Shown piece by piece: positions 9,642 to 18,126 of a DNA stretch of 32,000 nt; positions within the stretch are counted from its first letter, which is position 1, and each line of letters begins with the position of its first letter. The DNA lies in NCBI RefSeq assembly GCF_001598795.1, contig NZ_BCZP01000028.1, forward strand, positions 38,287 to 70,286. The letters are read 5' to 3'. The translations under genes and the position numbers were made by a program. Origin of the DNA: Delftia acidovorans NBRC 14950 (lineage in GTDB: Bacteria > Pseudomonadota > Gammaproteobacteria > Burkholderiales > Burkholderiaceae_C). A model generated the notes under the pieces. The model worked only from the letters and a program-made list of their open reading frames with translations, did no database searches and was not told where the DNA came from.

Positions 9642-10235
9642 TCAGATCACGGCGCGCAAGGGCGCAGTCTCCAGGCCGGTGCCGGCGTTCTGCACCAGGG
9701 ATTGCAGCAGCGTGGGGATGTCGCTGCCGCTTTCGATCAGTCCCATCTGCCACTCGCCCATGAAGCCATGGCCCACGCAGGTCTGCAGGAACTGCAGCAT
9801 GCTGTCGTAGTAGCCATCCACATTGAGCAGGCCGATGGGCTTGTCGTGATAGCGCAGCTGGCGCCAGGTCCAGACCTCGAACAATTCCTCGAAGGTGCCT
9901 ATGCCGCCGGGCAGGGCGACGAAGGCATCGCTGCGTTCGGCCATCATGGCCTTGCGCTCGTGCATGGTCTGGACGATGTGCAGTTCATCGCAGGCATGGT
10001 TGGCCAGTTCCTTGTCCACCAGCGCCTGCGGGATCACGCCCACGACGCGGCCGCCGGCCTGTCGTGTGGCCTCGGCCACCTCGCCCATCAGGCCGCTGCG
10101 GCCGCCTCCATAGACCAGCTGGCCGCCGTGCTCGCCGATCCAGCGGCCGGTGGCGCGGGCCGCCTCAATGAATCCGGGCTGGTCGCCGGGGCGCGAGCCG
10201 CAATACACACAAATGGAAAACGTGGGATTTGTCAT
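9642..10235 (-). CDS. LOG family protein (nucleotide 5'-monophosphate nucleosidase / cytokinin riboside 5'-monophosphate phosphoribohydrolase-like)
   Basis: Track ORF 9642..10346. The start is set at ATG 10235 (MTNPTFSICVYCGSRPG). The family motifs GGGRSGLMG and PGGIGTFEE are present. The ATG overlaps the dgkA stop (ATGA at 10232-10235). Confidence 0.9.
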   Translation of the reverse strand: MTNPTFSICVYCGSRPGDQPGFIEAARATGRWIGEHGGQLVYGGGRSGLMGEVAEATRQAGGRVVGVIPQALVDKELANHACDELHIVQTMHERKAMMAERSDAFVALPGGIGTFEELFEVWTWRQLRYHDKPIGLLNVDGYYDSMLQFLQTCVGHGFMGEWQMGLIESGSDIPTLLQSLVQNAGTGLETAPLRAVI

Positions 10236-10645
10236 GCAATGAACCGTTGATAGAGGGCGGCCAGCCAGACGCCGGCGCACAGCAGCAGCGCCAGCATCAC
10301 GGCCGCGCTGCCCATGTCCTTGGCCTGCTTGGACAGAACGTGCCATTCGGGGCCTATGCGATCGACCACGGCCTCGATGCCGCTGTTGAGCAGCTCCACG
10401 ATCAGCACCAGCAAGACGGTGCCCGCCAGCAGTGCGACCTCGATCCAGCTGCTTCCCAGCCAGAAGGCGGCAGGGATCAGCACGATGGCGGCGAGCGCTT
10501 CCTGGCGGAAGGCTTTTTCATTCCATCCGGCGCGAAGGCCTGCCAGCGAATAGCCTGCCGCGTGCCAGACACGCGTCAGGCCTGTGCGGCTTTTCTGGGG
10601 ATTGACAGGTGCACTGTCGGTCGGGTCGGGAGATGCGGCGGGCAT
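10232..10645 (-). CDS. dgkA: Diacylglycerol kinase (prokaryotic DgkA family)
   Basis: 137 aa, with ...GLTRVWHAAGYSLAGLRAGWNEKAFRQE...VELLNSGIEAVVDRIGPEWHVLSKQAKDMGSAAV.... This is the typical DgkA three-TM protein. Confidence 0.9.
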   Translation of the reverse strand: MPAASPDPTDSAPVNPQKSRTGLTRVWHAAGYSLAGLRAGWNEKAFRQEALAAIVLIPAAFWLGSSWIEVALLAGTVLLVLIVELLNSGIEAVVDRIGPEWHVLSKQAKDMGSAAVMLALLLCAGVWLAALYQRFIA

Positions 10646-10685
10646 GCTTGCGAGTGTAGGAGATGCGACGCTGCCTCTGGGGCTG

Positions 10686-11231
10686 TCAGCGCTTTTTCCT
10701 GGGCGCCGGGGCCTGGTGGATCAACTGGGTGCCAGCCCATGCGTCATGCCAGAACTGCCGGCGCGGATGAAAGCGGCTCAGAAGCGCCCAGAGCGCTACC
10801 CACAGCACCAGCAGCATCAGCGTGGTCAGTGCAGGCACGCCGGTCGAATAGGCCGCCAGTGGCGGCAGCAGCCAGATCCAGCTGAACACATAGCGCCGCA
10901 GCGCGCGCAACTGGCTGACGGGCTGGCCTGCCGCATCCACCAGGCGGATGTGCCAGGTCTTCATGGCCAGCGTCTGGCCCTTGGACCAGAACCAGACGAA
11001 GTAGATCCCCAGCACCACGAACATGAAGGCCTGCAGCGCATGGCGGTTGTCCATGGCATTGCGTGTCTGCGACAGGGTGCCGAACAGATAGCCTGCAATG
11101 AAGACCACGCCGAACAGCAGCATGCCCTCGTAGAGCCAGCAGGCCATGCGCCGCGCCAGTCGCGGGGCCATCTGTGGGGATGCTGCGATTGCGGCTGCCG
11201 TGGTGGAGGCGGGGGATGTGGCGTTCGTCAT
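10686..11231 (-). CDS. RDD family membrane protein
   Basis: 181 aa with several hydrophobic helices. The layout is RDD-like (RRMACWLYEGMLLFGV...WHIRLVDAAGQPVSQLRALRRYV...). It is the fourth gene of the ECF sigma cluster. The family assignment rests on pattern memory, not a search. Confidence 0.75.
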   Translation of the reverse strand: MTNATSPASTTAAAIAASPQMAPRLARRMACWLYEGMLLFGVVFIAGYLFGTLSQTRNAMDNRHALQAFMFVVLGIYFVWFWSKGQTLAMKTWHIRLVDAAGQPVSQLRALRRYVFSWIWLLPPLAAYSTGVPALTTLMLLVLWVALWALLSRFHPRRQFWHDAWAGTQLIHQAPAPRKKR

Positions 11232-11260
11232 GCGGACGGGGAGATCGGTGCGTCAGTGCG

Positions 11261-12112
11261 TCAATGCGAGAGGGGCGCTTCGCCGTGCGATGGCTGGGAT
11301 GCAGCATCGGGGCTGTCATGCAGTTCCATGGGCGGCAAAGGCATGGGCGTGGCCGAGGGCACTTCCACCGGCGCCGTCTCCACCAGCGCCGGCGGGCGCA
11401 CGGGATGGGTTTCCACACCTGGAGGGGATGGGGCCGGAGGTACGGGGAGCGGCGGGTTGTAGATGGTGGCGGGCGGAATCTTCGGCGGATTCGGAATGGT
11501 GGCCGGAGCCACCGAGGCCGCCGGAATCCGCGCCAGCCGCTTGGGGGCCACGGGCTCTATGGCGGTGGCGGCGCCCTTGGCCTTGGGCGCGGCGCGCGCG
11601 GCCAGCAGGCGTTTTTCCTCGTCGCTGAGCGCCTGGTAGGCCTCCCACTGGGCGCGCTTGTCTGTGGCCAGGCGGTTGGTCAGGGCGAAATTCAGGCGGG
11701 CCTGGCTGCGTTGCTGGGCGCTGAGGCTGGACCAGGTCTGCATGCGATCGCGCAGCTTTTCCTGCTCTTTCTCGCTGAGCTTGTCCCAGCCCTCGGCCAG
11801 CGCCATCCAGCGGCGCTTTTGCAGCGCATCCATCATGGACCAGCGCTCGGACAGGGGTTCAAGCACGCTGCTCTGCGCCGGTGTCAGCTCTGCCCAGCGC
11901 GGGCCGGAGGCCAGGTCCGTGGCGCGCTGGCGTGTGGCTGCATCACCGTGCAGGGTCTTGGAGGCTGCGATCGTGGCCGGCGAGACGGTGCTGGGTGCCA
12001 GTCGTACCTGCTGCACGACGCGCCAGCCGGTCCAGGCCAGCGCCATCAACAGCACCGCCGCCAGGATGGCGGCGGCTGAGCGGTGGAACGCGGCGCGTGA
12101 ATCAGTGGGCAT
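11261..12112 (-). CDS. DUF3106 domain protein (N-terminal hydrophobic anchor/signal, W/L[ST]xx[QE] repeat region, Pro-rich tail)
   Basis: Track ORF 11261..12124 begins at a TTG. I prefer the ATG at 12112 (MPTDSRAAFHRSAAAILAAVLLMALAW). The repeats are WAELTPAQ, WDKLSEKEQEKL, WSSLSAQQR and WEAYQALSDEEK. The C-terminus is rich in P, A and V. The start is uncertain (12124 or 12112) and there is no clear SD. Confidence 0.72.
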   Translation of the reverse strand: MPTDSRAAFHRSAAAILAAVLLMALAWTGWRVVQQVRLAPSTVSPATIAASKTLHGDAATRQRATDLASGPRWAELTPAQSSVLEPLSERWSMMDALQKRRWMALAEGWDKLSEKEQEKLRDRMQTWSSLSAQQRSQARLNFALTNRLATDKRAQWEAYQALSDEEKRLLAARAAPKAKGAATAIEPVAPKRLARIPAASVAPATIPNPPKIPPATIYNPPLPVPPAPSPPGVETHPVRPPALVETAPVEVPSATPMPLPPMELHDSPDAASQPSHGEAPLSH

Positions 12113-12132
12113 GCAGGCAGGCAAGGCGGGGA

Positions 12133-12591
12133 TCAGCGTTCCGTGTTGGTGGCCGAAGTCTTCAGGTACTGGATGAAGCCGGGGTCGGCGTAGGCGGCGG
12201 GCGGCAGATCATCGGTCAGCAAGGCGGTATCCACCTCGGCAACCTCGGTCAGACCTGTCTGGTCCGTCTGCACGTTGACGACCACCAGGCCAACGATCAA
12301 CGCCAGCACCGGCACGGCCGAGATCAGCGCGCGCCACCAGGTGCCGCCCTCGTCGCCCGAGCCCAGCGTCAGCGTGCCGCCCTGGGCCTGGGTTGCGCTG
12401 GCGGTCTGCAGCGGTGCAGACCGCAGCTCGCGCCGGCGAACGGACAGGGCGCGCTCGCGCCCAGCGCGCAGCCGCTCGGTGATGTCGTATGGCAGCAACG
12501 CCTCGCCGTCACCCAGGCGCGCGGTGATCCGGCGTGCGATGCGGTCGGCCGCCATTTCGCTGTGGAGAGTGAGAGTGGGCGCAGTCTTCAT
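12133..12591 (-). CDS. DUF3619 family protein (single-pass membrane protein; candidate anti-sigma factor)
   Basis: Track ORF 12133..12717. The start is set at ATG 12591, which overlaps the sigma-factor stop (ATGA at 12588-12591). There is one TM (WWRALISAVPVLALIVGLVVV) after a roughly 85-aa cytoplasmic part. The anti-sigma role is inferred from position only. Confidence 0.72.
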   Translation of the reverse strand: MKTAPTLTLHSEMAADRIARRITARLGDGEALLPYDITERLRAGRERALSVRRRELRSAPLQTASATQAQGGTLTLGSGDEGGTWWRALISAVPVLALIVGLVVVNVQTDQTGLTEVAEVDTALLTDDLPPAAYADPGFIQYLKTSATNTER

Positions 12592-13160
12592 AGCTCGATT
12601 CCTTTGGCCTTCAGTGCCTTGCTCAATGTCTGGATGGCGCGGAAACAATGTGTTTTTACACTTCCTTCGGAACACCCCATCGCGGCAGCGGTCTCCGCGA
12701 CGTCCATCTCTTCCCAATAACGCATCAGGAAAGCTTCGCGTTGACGTGCTGGAAGCTCCTGTATCTCTTTTTCAATGCTTTGCAAAATCTGGGCCCGCTC
12801 GGTCAGATCTTCGGCGCTGCGGGCGGTTTCGCCGTTCTGGCCGGAGTCGGCATAGGTTTCGAGCCAGTCGAAGTCCGCATCGTCGCTGGCCGACGCCTCC
12901 AGATCGCTCATGCGGGTGAAGAGGGCGTTCTGCGTTTTTTGCCGGCGAAACCAGTCCAGCGTGCTGTTGGACAGGATGCGCTGGAACAGCATGGGCAGCT
13001 CGTTGATGGGCTTGTCGCCATAGTGCTGCGCCAGCTTGAGCATGCTGTCCTGCACGATGTCCAGCGCCGCCTCCTCATCCCGGACGTGAAAAAAGCTGCG
13101 CTTGAAGGCTCGCTTTTCTACGCTTTTGAGGAAGTCGGATAGTTCTTGCTCGGTTGCCAA
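12588..13160 (-). CDS. ECF-type RNA polymerase sigma-70 family factor
   Basis: Sigma-2 (ALDIVQDSMLKLAQHYG...LFQRILSNSTLDWFRRQK) and sigma-4 (LPARQREAFLMRYWEEMDVAETAAAMGCSEGSVKTHCFRAIQTLSKAL) are joined by an acidic linker. The longest ORF (to 13301) starts at a TTG and adds a non-homologous-looking N-terminus. I prefer the TTG at 13160, giving (M)ATEQELSDFLKSVEKRAF, the N-terminus I recall for this family. The start is uncertain. Confidence 0.8.
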   Translation of the reverse strand: MATEQELSDFLKSVEKRAFKRSFFHVRDEEAALDIVQDSMLKLAQHYGDKPINELPMLFQRILSNSTLDWFRRQKTQNALFTRMSDLEASASDDADFDWLETYADSGQNGETARSAEDLTERAQILQSIEKEIQELPARQREAFLMRYWEEMDVAETAAAMGCSEGSVKTHCFRAIQTLSKALKAKGIEL

Positions 13161-13220
13161 AAGGAACGCAGGCCCGGATGAGGGGCTCGTTGATGAGGGG
13201 CTGAACGGGTGCGGGGCCTG

Positions 13221-13285
13221 ATTATCGCACCGCACTGTCAATTTTTTTCGCAGGATGGCGCGCAGGCTTGTTGCAGTGCGATAAT
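13221..13285. promoter_or_regulatory. Divergent promoter region: inverted copies of CAGTGCG(..)ATAAT (extended -10-like TGcGATAAT on each strand)
   Basis: The plus strand reads CAGTGCGATAAT at 13274-13285. The minus strand reads CAGTGCGGTGCGATAAT (complement of 13221-13237). Each contains TGnGATAAT pointing towards ilvI or towards the ECF sigma gene. Neither has a convincing -35. Confidence 0.3.
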
Positions 13286-13437
13286 GTCTGCTGCAATTCA
13301 AAAAGGCAAACGGGTCACGGTCCGGCGTTTACTCACTCGCCCATGTCTGTTGGTCCTAAGTCCCGCACCGGCCTCACAAGGGCTTCAGGCAAGGGGCACC
13401 CAAGGTTTTTCGTTAGAGAAATTCACAAAGGTTGATC

Positions 13438-15219
13438 ATGGAAATTTCCAAAGCCGAGTACTCCAGCGCGGCAGCAGCGGCGTCGCAGTCCCATGCACCC
13501 CAGGAGCTGATGGGCTCCGAGATCCTCGTCAAGTCCCTGCAGGCCGAAGGTGTCAAGCAGCTTTGGGGCTATCCGGGCGGTGCGGTTCTGTACATCTACG
13601 ACGCCCTCTACAAACAAGATTCCATTCAGCATGTGCTGGTGCGCCATGAACAGGCGGCAGTGCATGCGGCAGACGGTTTTGCCCGTGCCACGGGTGAAGT
13701 CGGCGTGGCCCTGGTGACTTCGGGTCCCGGCCTGACCAACGCCGTGACCGGCATTGCCACCGCCTACACCGATTCCATTCCCCTGGTCGTGATCAGCGGC
13801 CAGACCTCGACGGCCTACATCGGCACCGATGCGTTCCAGGAATGCGACACCGTCGGCATCACCCGCCCCATCGTCAAGCACAACTTCCTGGTGAAGGATG
13901 TGCGCGAGCTGGCGGACACGATGAAGAAGGCCTTCCACATCGCGCGCACCGGCCGTCCCGGCCCCGTGGTGGTGGACATCCCCAAGGACGTGTCCTTCAA
14001 GAAGGCGCTCTACGCAGGCTACCCCGACAAGGTGGAGATGCGCTCCTACAACCCGGTGCGCAAGGGCCATGCCGGCCAGATCCGCAAGGCGCTGCAGTTG
14101 CTGCTGGCCGCCAAGCGACCCTATATCTACACGGGCGGCGGCGTTCTGCTGGGCAATGCCTGCAACGAGCTGCGCACGCTGGTGGACATGCTGGGCTACC
14201 CGGTCACGCATACGCTGCTGGGCCTGGGCGCCTATCCGGCCAGCGACCGCAAGTTCCTGGGCATGCTGGGCATGCACGGCACCATCGAAGCCAACAATGC
14301 CATGCAGAACTGCGACGTGCTGCTGGCGGTGGGTGCACGCTTCGATGACCGCGTGATCGGCAACCCCAAGCATTTCATGTCGGTGGAGCGCAAGATCATC
14401 CACATCGACATCGATCCCTCTTCCATCTCCAAGCGCGTGAAGGTGGACGTGCCCATCGTGGGCGACGTCAAGGAGGTGCTGACCGAGCTGATCTCCATGA
14501 TCCGCGAGGCAAGTGCCCGTCCCGACGCAGCGGCCCTGGGCCAATGGTGGGAGACCATCGAAGGCTGGCGCAGCCGCGACTGCCTGCAGTACAGCCGTGG
14601 CGATGGCTCGGTCATCAAGCCCCAGTACGTGGTGGAGACGCTGTGGAACATGACCCGCGACGCCGATGCCTACATCACGTCCGACGTGGGCCAGCATCAG
14701 ATGTGGGCCGCGCAGTACTACCGCTTCGACGAGCCGCGCCGCTGGATCAACTCCGGCGGCCTGGGCACCATGGGCGTGGGCCTGCCCTACGCCATGGGCA
14801 TCAAGCTGGCCAAGCCTGAATCCGAGGTGTTCTGCATCACGGGTGAAGGCTCCATCCAGATGAATATCCAGGAGCTGGCCACCTGCCTGCAGTACAACAC
14901 GCCGGTCAAGGTGGTGTCGCTGAACAACCGCTACCTGGGCATGGTGCGCCAGTGGCAGGAGATCGAGTACTCGGGTCGCTACAGCAGCAGCTACATGGAC
15001 TCGCTGCCCAACTTCGTGAAGCTGGCCGAGGCCTATGGCCACGTGGGCATGCTGATCGAGCGCCCCGAGGACGTGGAGCCCGCCCTGCGCGAGGCACGCA
15101 AGCTCAAGGACCGCACGGTGTTCATGGACTTCCGTACCGATCCCACCGAGAATGTGTTCCCCATGGTGCAGGCCGGCCGTGGGATCACCGAGATGCTGCT
15201 GGGAGCTGACGACCTCTGA
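13438..15219 (+). CDS. ilvI: Acetolactate synthase (acetohydroxyacid synthase) large catalytic subunit, biosynthetic type
   Basis: Track ORF starts at TTG 13432. I prefer the ATG at 13438, with AAGG 7 nt upstream. The sequence reads ...ILVKSLQAEGVKQLWGYPGGAVLYIYDAL...VRHEQAAVHAADGFARATGEVGVALVTSGPGLTNAVTGIATAY, and the ThDP motif GGLGTMGVGLPYAMG...GEGSIQMNIQEL is present. Confidence 0.95.
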   Translation: MEISKAEYSSAAAAASQSHAPQELMGSEILVKSLQAEGVKQLWGYPGGAVLYIYDALYKQDSIQHVLVRHEQAAVHAADGFARATGEVGVALVTSGPGLTNAVTGIATAYTDSIPLVVISGQTSTAYIGTDAFQECDTVGITRPIVKHNFLVKDVRELADTMKKAFHIARTGRPGPVVVDIPKDVSFKKALYAGYPDKVEMRSYNPVRKGHAGQIRKALQLLLAAKRPYIYTGGGVLLGNACNELRTLVDMLGYPVTHTLLGLGAYPASDRKFLGMLGMHGTIEANNAMQNCDVLLAVGARFDDRVIGNPKHFMSVERKIIHIDIDPSSISKRVKVDVPIVGDVKEVLTELISMIREASARPDAAALGQWWETIEGWRSRDCLQYSRGDGSVIKPQYVVETLWNMTRDADAYITSDVGQHQMWAAQYYRFDEPRRWINSGGLGTMGVGLPYAMGIKLAKPESEVFCITGEGSIQMNIQELATCLQYNTPVKVVSLNNRYLGMVRQWQEIEYSGRYSSSYMDSLPNFVKLAEAYGHVGMLIERPEDVEPALREARKLKDRTVFMDFRTDPTENVFPMVQAGRGITEMLLGADDL

Positions 15220-15373
15220 GTATGGTCCCTTGCGGGATTTGCCCGGGTTCATTCCTGCCGCATCCGTTCCAGTAAGCCGTCCTCGAGGCGGCCCCTTTGA
15301 CGAATCTATTGCCTGCCAAGCCCGACGTTTACCGGCGCCGGGGGAGGGCAGCGAAAAGAGGAATCTTTCTTTC

Positions 15374-15865
15374 ATGAAACACATCATTGCCGTGCTGCTC
15401 GAAAACGAGCCGGGAGCCTTGTCGCGCGTGGTGGGCCTGTTCTCGGCCCGCGGCTACAACATCGAATCGCTGACCGTGGCCCCCACGGAAGACGCATCGC
15501 TGTCGCGCATGACCATTCAGACGAATGGCTCCGAAGACGTGATCGAGCAGATAACCAAGCACCTGAATCGCCTGATCGAGGTCGTCAAGGTCGTGGACCT
15601 GACCGAAGGCTCCTATACCGAGCGCGAACTCATGATGGTCAAGGTCCGCGCCGTGGGCAAGGAACGCGAGGAGATGAAGCGCATGGCGGACATCTTCCGC
15701 GGCCGCATCATCGACGTGACCGAAAAGAGCTACACGGTCGAGCTGACCGGCGACCAATCCAAGAACGACGCCTTCCTGCAGGCGCTGGACCGCACGGCCA
15801 TTCTGGAAACCGTGCGCACCGGCTCCTGCGGCATCGGCCGCGGCGAACGCATCCTGCGCGTTTGA
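15374..15865 (+). CDS. ilvH: Acetolactate synthase small (regulatory, ACT-domain) subunit
   Basis: MKHIIAVLLENEPGALSRVVGLFSARGYNIESLTVAPTEDASLSRMTI..., 163 aa, the canonical IlvH/IlvN sequence. The start is ATG 15374 inside track ORF 15152..15865. Confidence 0.95.
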   Translation: MKHIIAVLLENEPGALSRVVGLFSARGYNIESLTVAPTEDASLSRMTIQTNGSEDVIEQITKHLNRLIEVVKVVDLTEGSYTERELMMVKVRAVGKEREEMKRMADIFRGRIIDVTEKSYTVELTGDQSKNDAFLQALDRTAILETVRTGSCGIGRGERILRV

Positions 15866-16954
<1,089 letters not shown>

Positions 16955-17011
16955 GATTGCTGCATTCCATCTTGTCTGGGTCGCGCAAGCGGCCTACGCA
17001 AGGTGCAGGAC

Positions 17012-17039
17012 AAGGCCACCCCGACGGGTGGCCTTTTTC
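17012..17039 (+). terminator. Rho-independent terminator of ilvIHC
   Basis: AAGGCCACCC (17012-17021), loop CGAC, GGGTGGCCTT (17026-17035), then TTTCG. Confidence 0.8.
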
Positions 17040-17164
17040 GTGCAGGGAAGGGGTGCGGCGCGCAGGTACACTGACCCTTTCGGGGCGGCGCAGTCCGCTC
17101 CCTTAGAATACTATCGTTTTAATAGCTGCCCGCGCCCGTAGGCGCTGTGCTGGAGGCTGGATTG

Positions 17165-17998
17165 ATGCAAAACCACAATGAGTCCAACGAGATTGAGGGC
17201 GTGGTGGTGCGCAAGCGCCGCAAGGGTATCTACATCCTGCCCAACCTGTTCACGCTGGCTGCGCTGTTCGGTGGCTTCTACGCCATCGTGATGGCCATGA
17301 ATGGCCGCTTCGAACTGGCTGCCGCAGGCGTGTTCTGCGCCATGGTGCTGGACAGTCTTGACGGCCGCGTGGCACGCATGACCAATACGCAAAGCGCCTT
17401 TGGCGAACAGATGGACTCGCTGTCGGACATGGTGTCCTTCGGAGCCGCTCCGGCCTTGATCGCCTATGAATGGGCGCTCAAGGGCATTGGTCGCTGGGGC
17501 TGGATTGCCGCCTTTGTCTATTGCGCCTGCGCTGCACTGCGGCTGGCGCGTTTCAACGTGAATACCGGCACGGTGGACAAGCGCTGGTTCCAGGGCCTGC
17601 CTTCGCCTGCGGCGGCGGCGCTGGTCACGGGCTTCATCTGGCTGCTGGACGAGGCGGGCCTGCTGCGCGGGCAGGATGCCTGGCTGAGCTGGACGCAGAT
17701 CACCTGGATCATGTTCTTCCTGACGTTGTACGCGGGCCTGACCATGGTCACCAATGTGCCGTTCTACAGCTTCAAGGACGTGCACTTCAAGAAGAGCGTG
17801 CCGTTTGCCGCCATCGTGCTGATTGCGCTGGGCATTGCCATCATCAACATCCACCCGCCTATCGTGCTGTTCGGCGTGTTCCTGCTCTACGGTTTCTCGG
17901 GCTATGGCGTCTACGCCTGGCGCAAGGCCAAGGGTCAGCGCACCAGCGTCATCAGCACCTCGACCGACGAGCCCGAGGAGCGCGGCCTGCACAAGTGA
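17165..17998 (+). CDS. pssA: CDP-diacylglycerol--serine O-phosphatidyltransferase
   Basis: Track ORF starts at GTG 17147. I prefer the ATG at 17165, with GGAGG 8 nt upstream. The CDP-alcohol phosphotransferase motif DSLDGRVARMTNTQSAFGEQMDSLSD is present, with multiple TMs. Confidence 0.9.
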   Translation: MQNHNESNEIEGVVVRKRRKGIYILPNLFTLAALFGGFYAIVMAMNGRFELAAAGVFCAMVLDSLDGRVARMTNTQSAFGEQMDSLSDMVSFGAAPALIAYEWALKGIGRWGWIAAFVYCACAALRLARFNVNTGTVDKRWFQGLPSPAAAALVTGFIWLLDEAGLLRGQDAWLSWTQITWIMFFLTLYAGLTMVTNVPFYSFKDVHFKKSVPFAAIVLIALGIAIINIHPPIVLFGVFLLYGFSGYGVYAWRKAKGQRTSVISTSTDEPEERGLHK

Positions 17999-18049
17999 TG
18001 CGGCGCAGCATCTTCACAGCCTTTGTGAACCTGTGCTAAAGTCGTCCGA

Positions 18050-18103
18050 ATGCAATACCTGTCGCTAGCTCTACTACTGATGTCCAACGGGCAGAGACAG
18101 TAG
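18050..18103 (+). CDS. Candidate leucine leader peptide (17 aa, MQYLSLALLLMSNGQRQ)
   Basis: It reads ATG CAA TAC CTG TCG CTA GCT CTA CTA CTG ATG TCC AAC GGG CAG AGA CAG TAG. Five of the 17 codons are Leu, three of them the CTA codon that is expected to be rare at this GC content. A terminator hairpin follows 24 nt later, then leuA. There is no obvious SD, which weakens the call. Confidence 0.5.
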   Translation: MQYLSLALLLMSNGQRQ

Positions 18104-18126
18104 CGCGCGCGTACATACCTACTTTC

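Noticed and set aside
13163-13190. ECF-promoter-like GGAAC ... CGTT near the sigma gene start
   Set aside because: It lies on the plus strand, the wrong orientation for autoregulating the minus-strand sigma gene. The spacer is about 20 nt rather than 16-17.
13161-13301. Longer version of the ECF sigma ORF (237 aa from 13301)
   Set aside because: Its first codon is TTG rather than ATG. The extra 47 residues (NCSRHYRTATSLRAILRKKLTVRCDNQ...) look non-coding and cover the putative promoter elements. The family N-terminus as I recall it begins MATE.ELSDFL, which matches the TTG at 13160. This is not proven.
13284-13437. Search for an ilv (Ile/Leu/Val-rich) leader peptide and attenuator upstream of ilvI
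   Set aside because: The ORF from ATG 13284 contains an LLVL run but does not terminate before ilvI; it runs on out of frame to 13649. The ORF from ATG 13333 (MSVGPKSRTGLTRASGKGHPRFFVREIHKG) is not ILV-rich. No stem precedes the TTTTT at 13415-13419.
13423-15387. A 654-aa minus-strand ORF antisense to ilvI
   Set aside because: The reasoning is the same as for the leuA antisense ORF. The plus-strand frame encodes a canonical AHAS large subunit, and the antisense product is H/G/A/R/L-rich with no motifs.
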